DNA of 39,891 bases from positions 1 to 39,891 of the forward strand of contig JAZDIZ010000085.1 in NCBI GenBank assembly GCA_043804515.1. Direction: 5' to 3'. The number at the start of each line of letters is the position of its first letter. Position 1 is the stretch's first letter. Made by a program: the position numbers and the translations under genes. Below are positions 39,165-39,891 of this stretch, in pieces. The notes beneath the pieces were generated by a model. The model searched no databases, was not told where the DNA came from, and saw nothing but the letters and a program-made list of their open reading frames with translations. The DNA comes from Pseudomonadota bacterium. Its GTDB lineage: Bacteria > Bdellovibrionota_G > JALEGL01 > DATDPG01.

Positions 39165-39891
39165 TCAAAGGGAAGAACTTCCGGGTCCACGCAACTTATC
39201 CGCTCCGTGCGGATGAGAATGCTGGAGGATGTGTGGTTTCTCCAGCCCGTGCTTGAGCATCAGAGACTCGTCGGAGAGAAGCTCCGAAGTCGGGCCGTCC
39301 ACAACCAAGCGTCCGGCATCCAGAAGAATGACTCTCGGACAGAGATTCACGATCAGTTCCAAATCATGGGAAGCCACGATCTTGGTGGCCGGCAACGATC
39401 GAAGCAAAGTGATCAATTCCCTTTCTCCCCGCGGATCCAGGTCACTCGTCGGCTCATCCAAAGCGAGAATGTCGGGGTTCAGAGCCAGGACGCCGGCAAG
39501 GCAAACTCGCCGTTTTTCACCCCCGCTCAAGTGATGAGGGGAGCGCTCCCCCGCCTGTGCCAGATCCACACGGCGGAGGGCATCGAGAACACGGCGCCGA
39601 ACCATATCTGAAGGCTCTCCAAGCTGTTCCGGTCCGAAGGCCACGTCCTCGGAAACCGTGGGGCAGAAGAGCTGGTCGTCCGGGTTCTGGAAGAGAAGGC
39701 CGACGCGCCTGCGGATTTCGGCAAGGTTCGCCTCCGTGACGGGAAGGCCGAAAACGGAGACCTTGGGAGGGGATGGGAGGTGTTCCGGCAGGATTCCGTT
39801 CAGGTGCATCAGCAACGTTGATTTTCCGGAGCCGTTGGGGCCGATCAGGCCGACACACTCTCCCTGGTCCATCCTGAAGGTAATGCCGGAA
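39165..39891 (-). CDS. cbiO: ECF-type Co/Ni transporter ATPase (5' end outside the window)
   Basis: GPNGSGKST, FQNPDDQLF, LSGGEKRR, LDEPTSDLDP, ASHDLE; His-containing C-terminus; frame open to the window edge. Confidence 0.85.
   Translation of the reverse strand, partial: SGITFRMDQGECVGLIGPNGSGKSTLLMHLNGILPEHLPSPPKVSVFGLPVTEANLAEIRRRVGLLFQNPDDQLFCPTVSEDVAFGPEQLGEPSDMVRRRVLDALRRVDLAQAGERSPHHLSGGEKRRVCLAGVLALNPDILALDEPTSDLDPRGERELITLLRSLPATKIVASHDLELIVNLCPRVILLDAGRLVVDGPTSELLSDESLMLKHGLEKPHILQHSHPHGADKLRGPGSSSL

Overview
GC-rich bacterial chromosomal window in three parts. (1) 1-15 kb is a mosaic accessory/metabolic region: a DUF2914 membrane protein, an ElaB/DUF883 + holin-like pair, a RelBE-like toxin-antitoxin module, a REP-associated HUH tyrosine transposase with its own flanking inverted repeats, a fatty-acid beta-oxidation cluster (acyl-CoA dehydrogenase converging on fadD-fadI-fadJ), two back-to-back 5'-truncated genes next to a tRNA-fMet 3'-half scar, an ACT protein + CoA-acylating aldehyde dehydrogenase, and an HExxH lipoprotein. 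A ~49-bp imperfect palindrome occurs five times in this region, always in the same orientation and always just 3' of a stop codon. (2) 15-34.8 kb is a nucleotide biosynthesis supercluster: purL-Q-H-M-F-E-C-D-N on + (no purK or purB) converging on guaB-guaA-carA-carB on -. (3) 35-39.9 kb holds lipoproteins, a BtaA/DUF3419-like SAM transferase grouped with a small membrane protein and a phosphatidylserine decarboxylase (no BtaB), a cytosine-type deaminase and a partial CbiO ATPase. The best novelty leads are the 49-bp repeat family bracketing gene modules and the BtaA-like + Psd locus, a possible undescribed aminopropyl-lipid pathway. All calls come from motif recognition by eye; no database searches were run.
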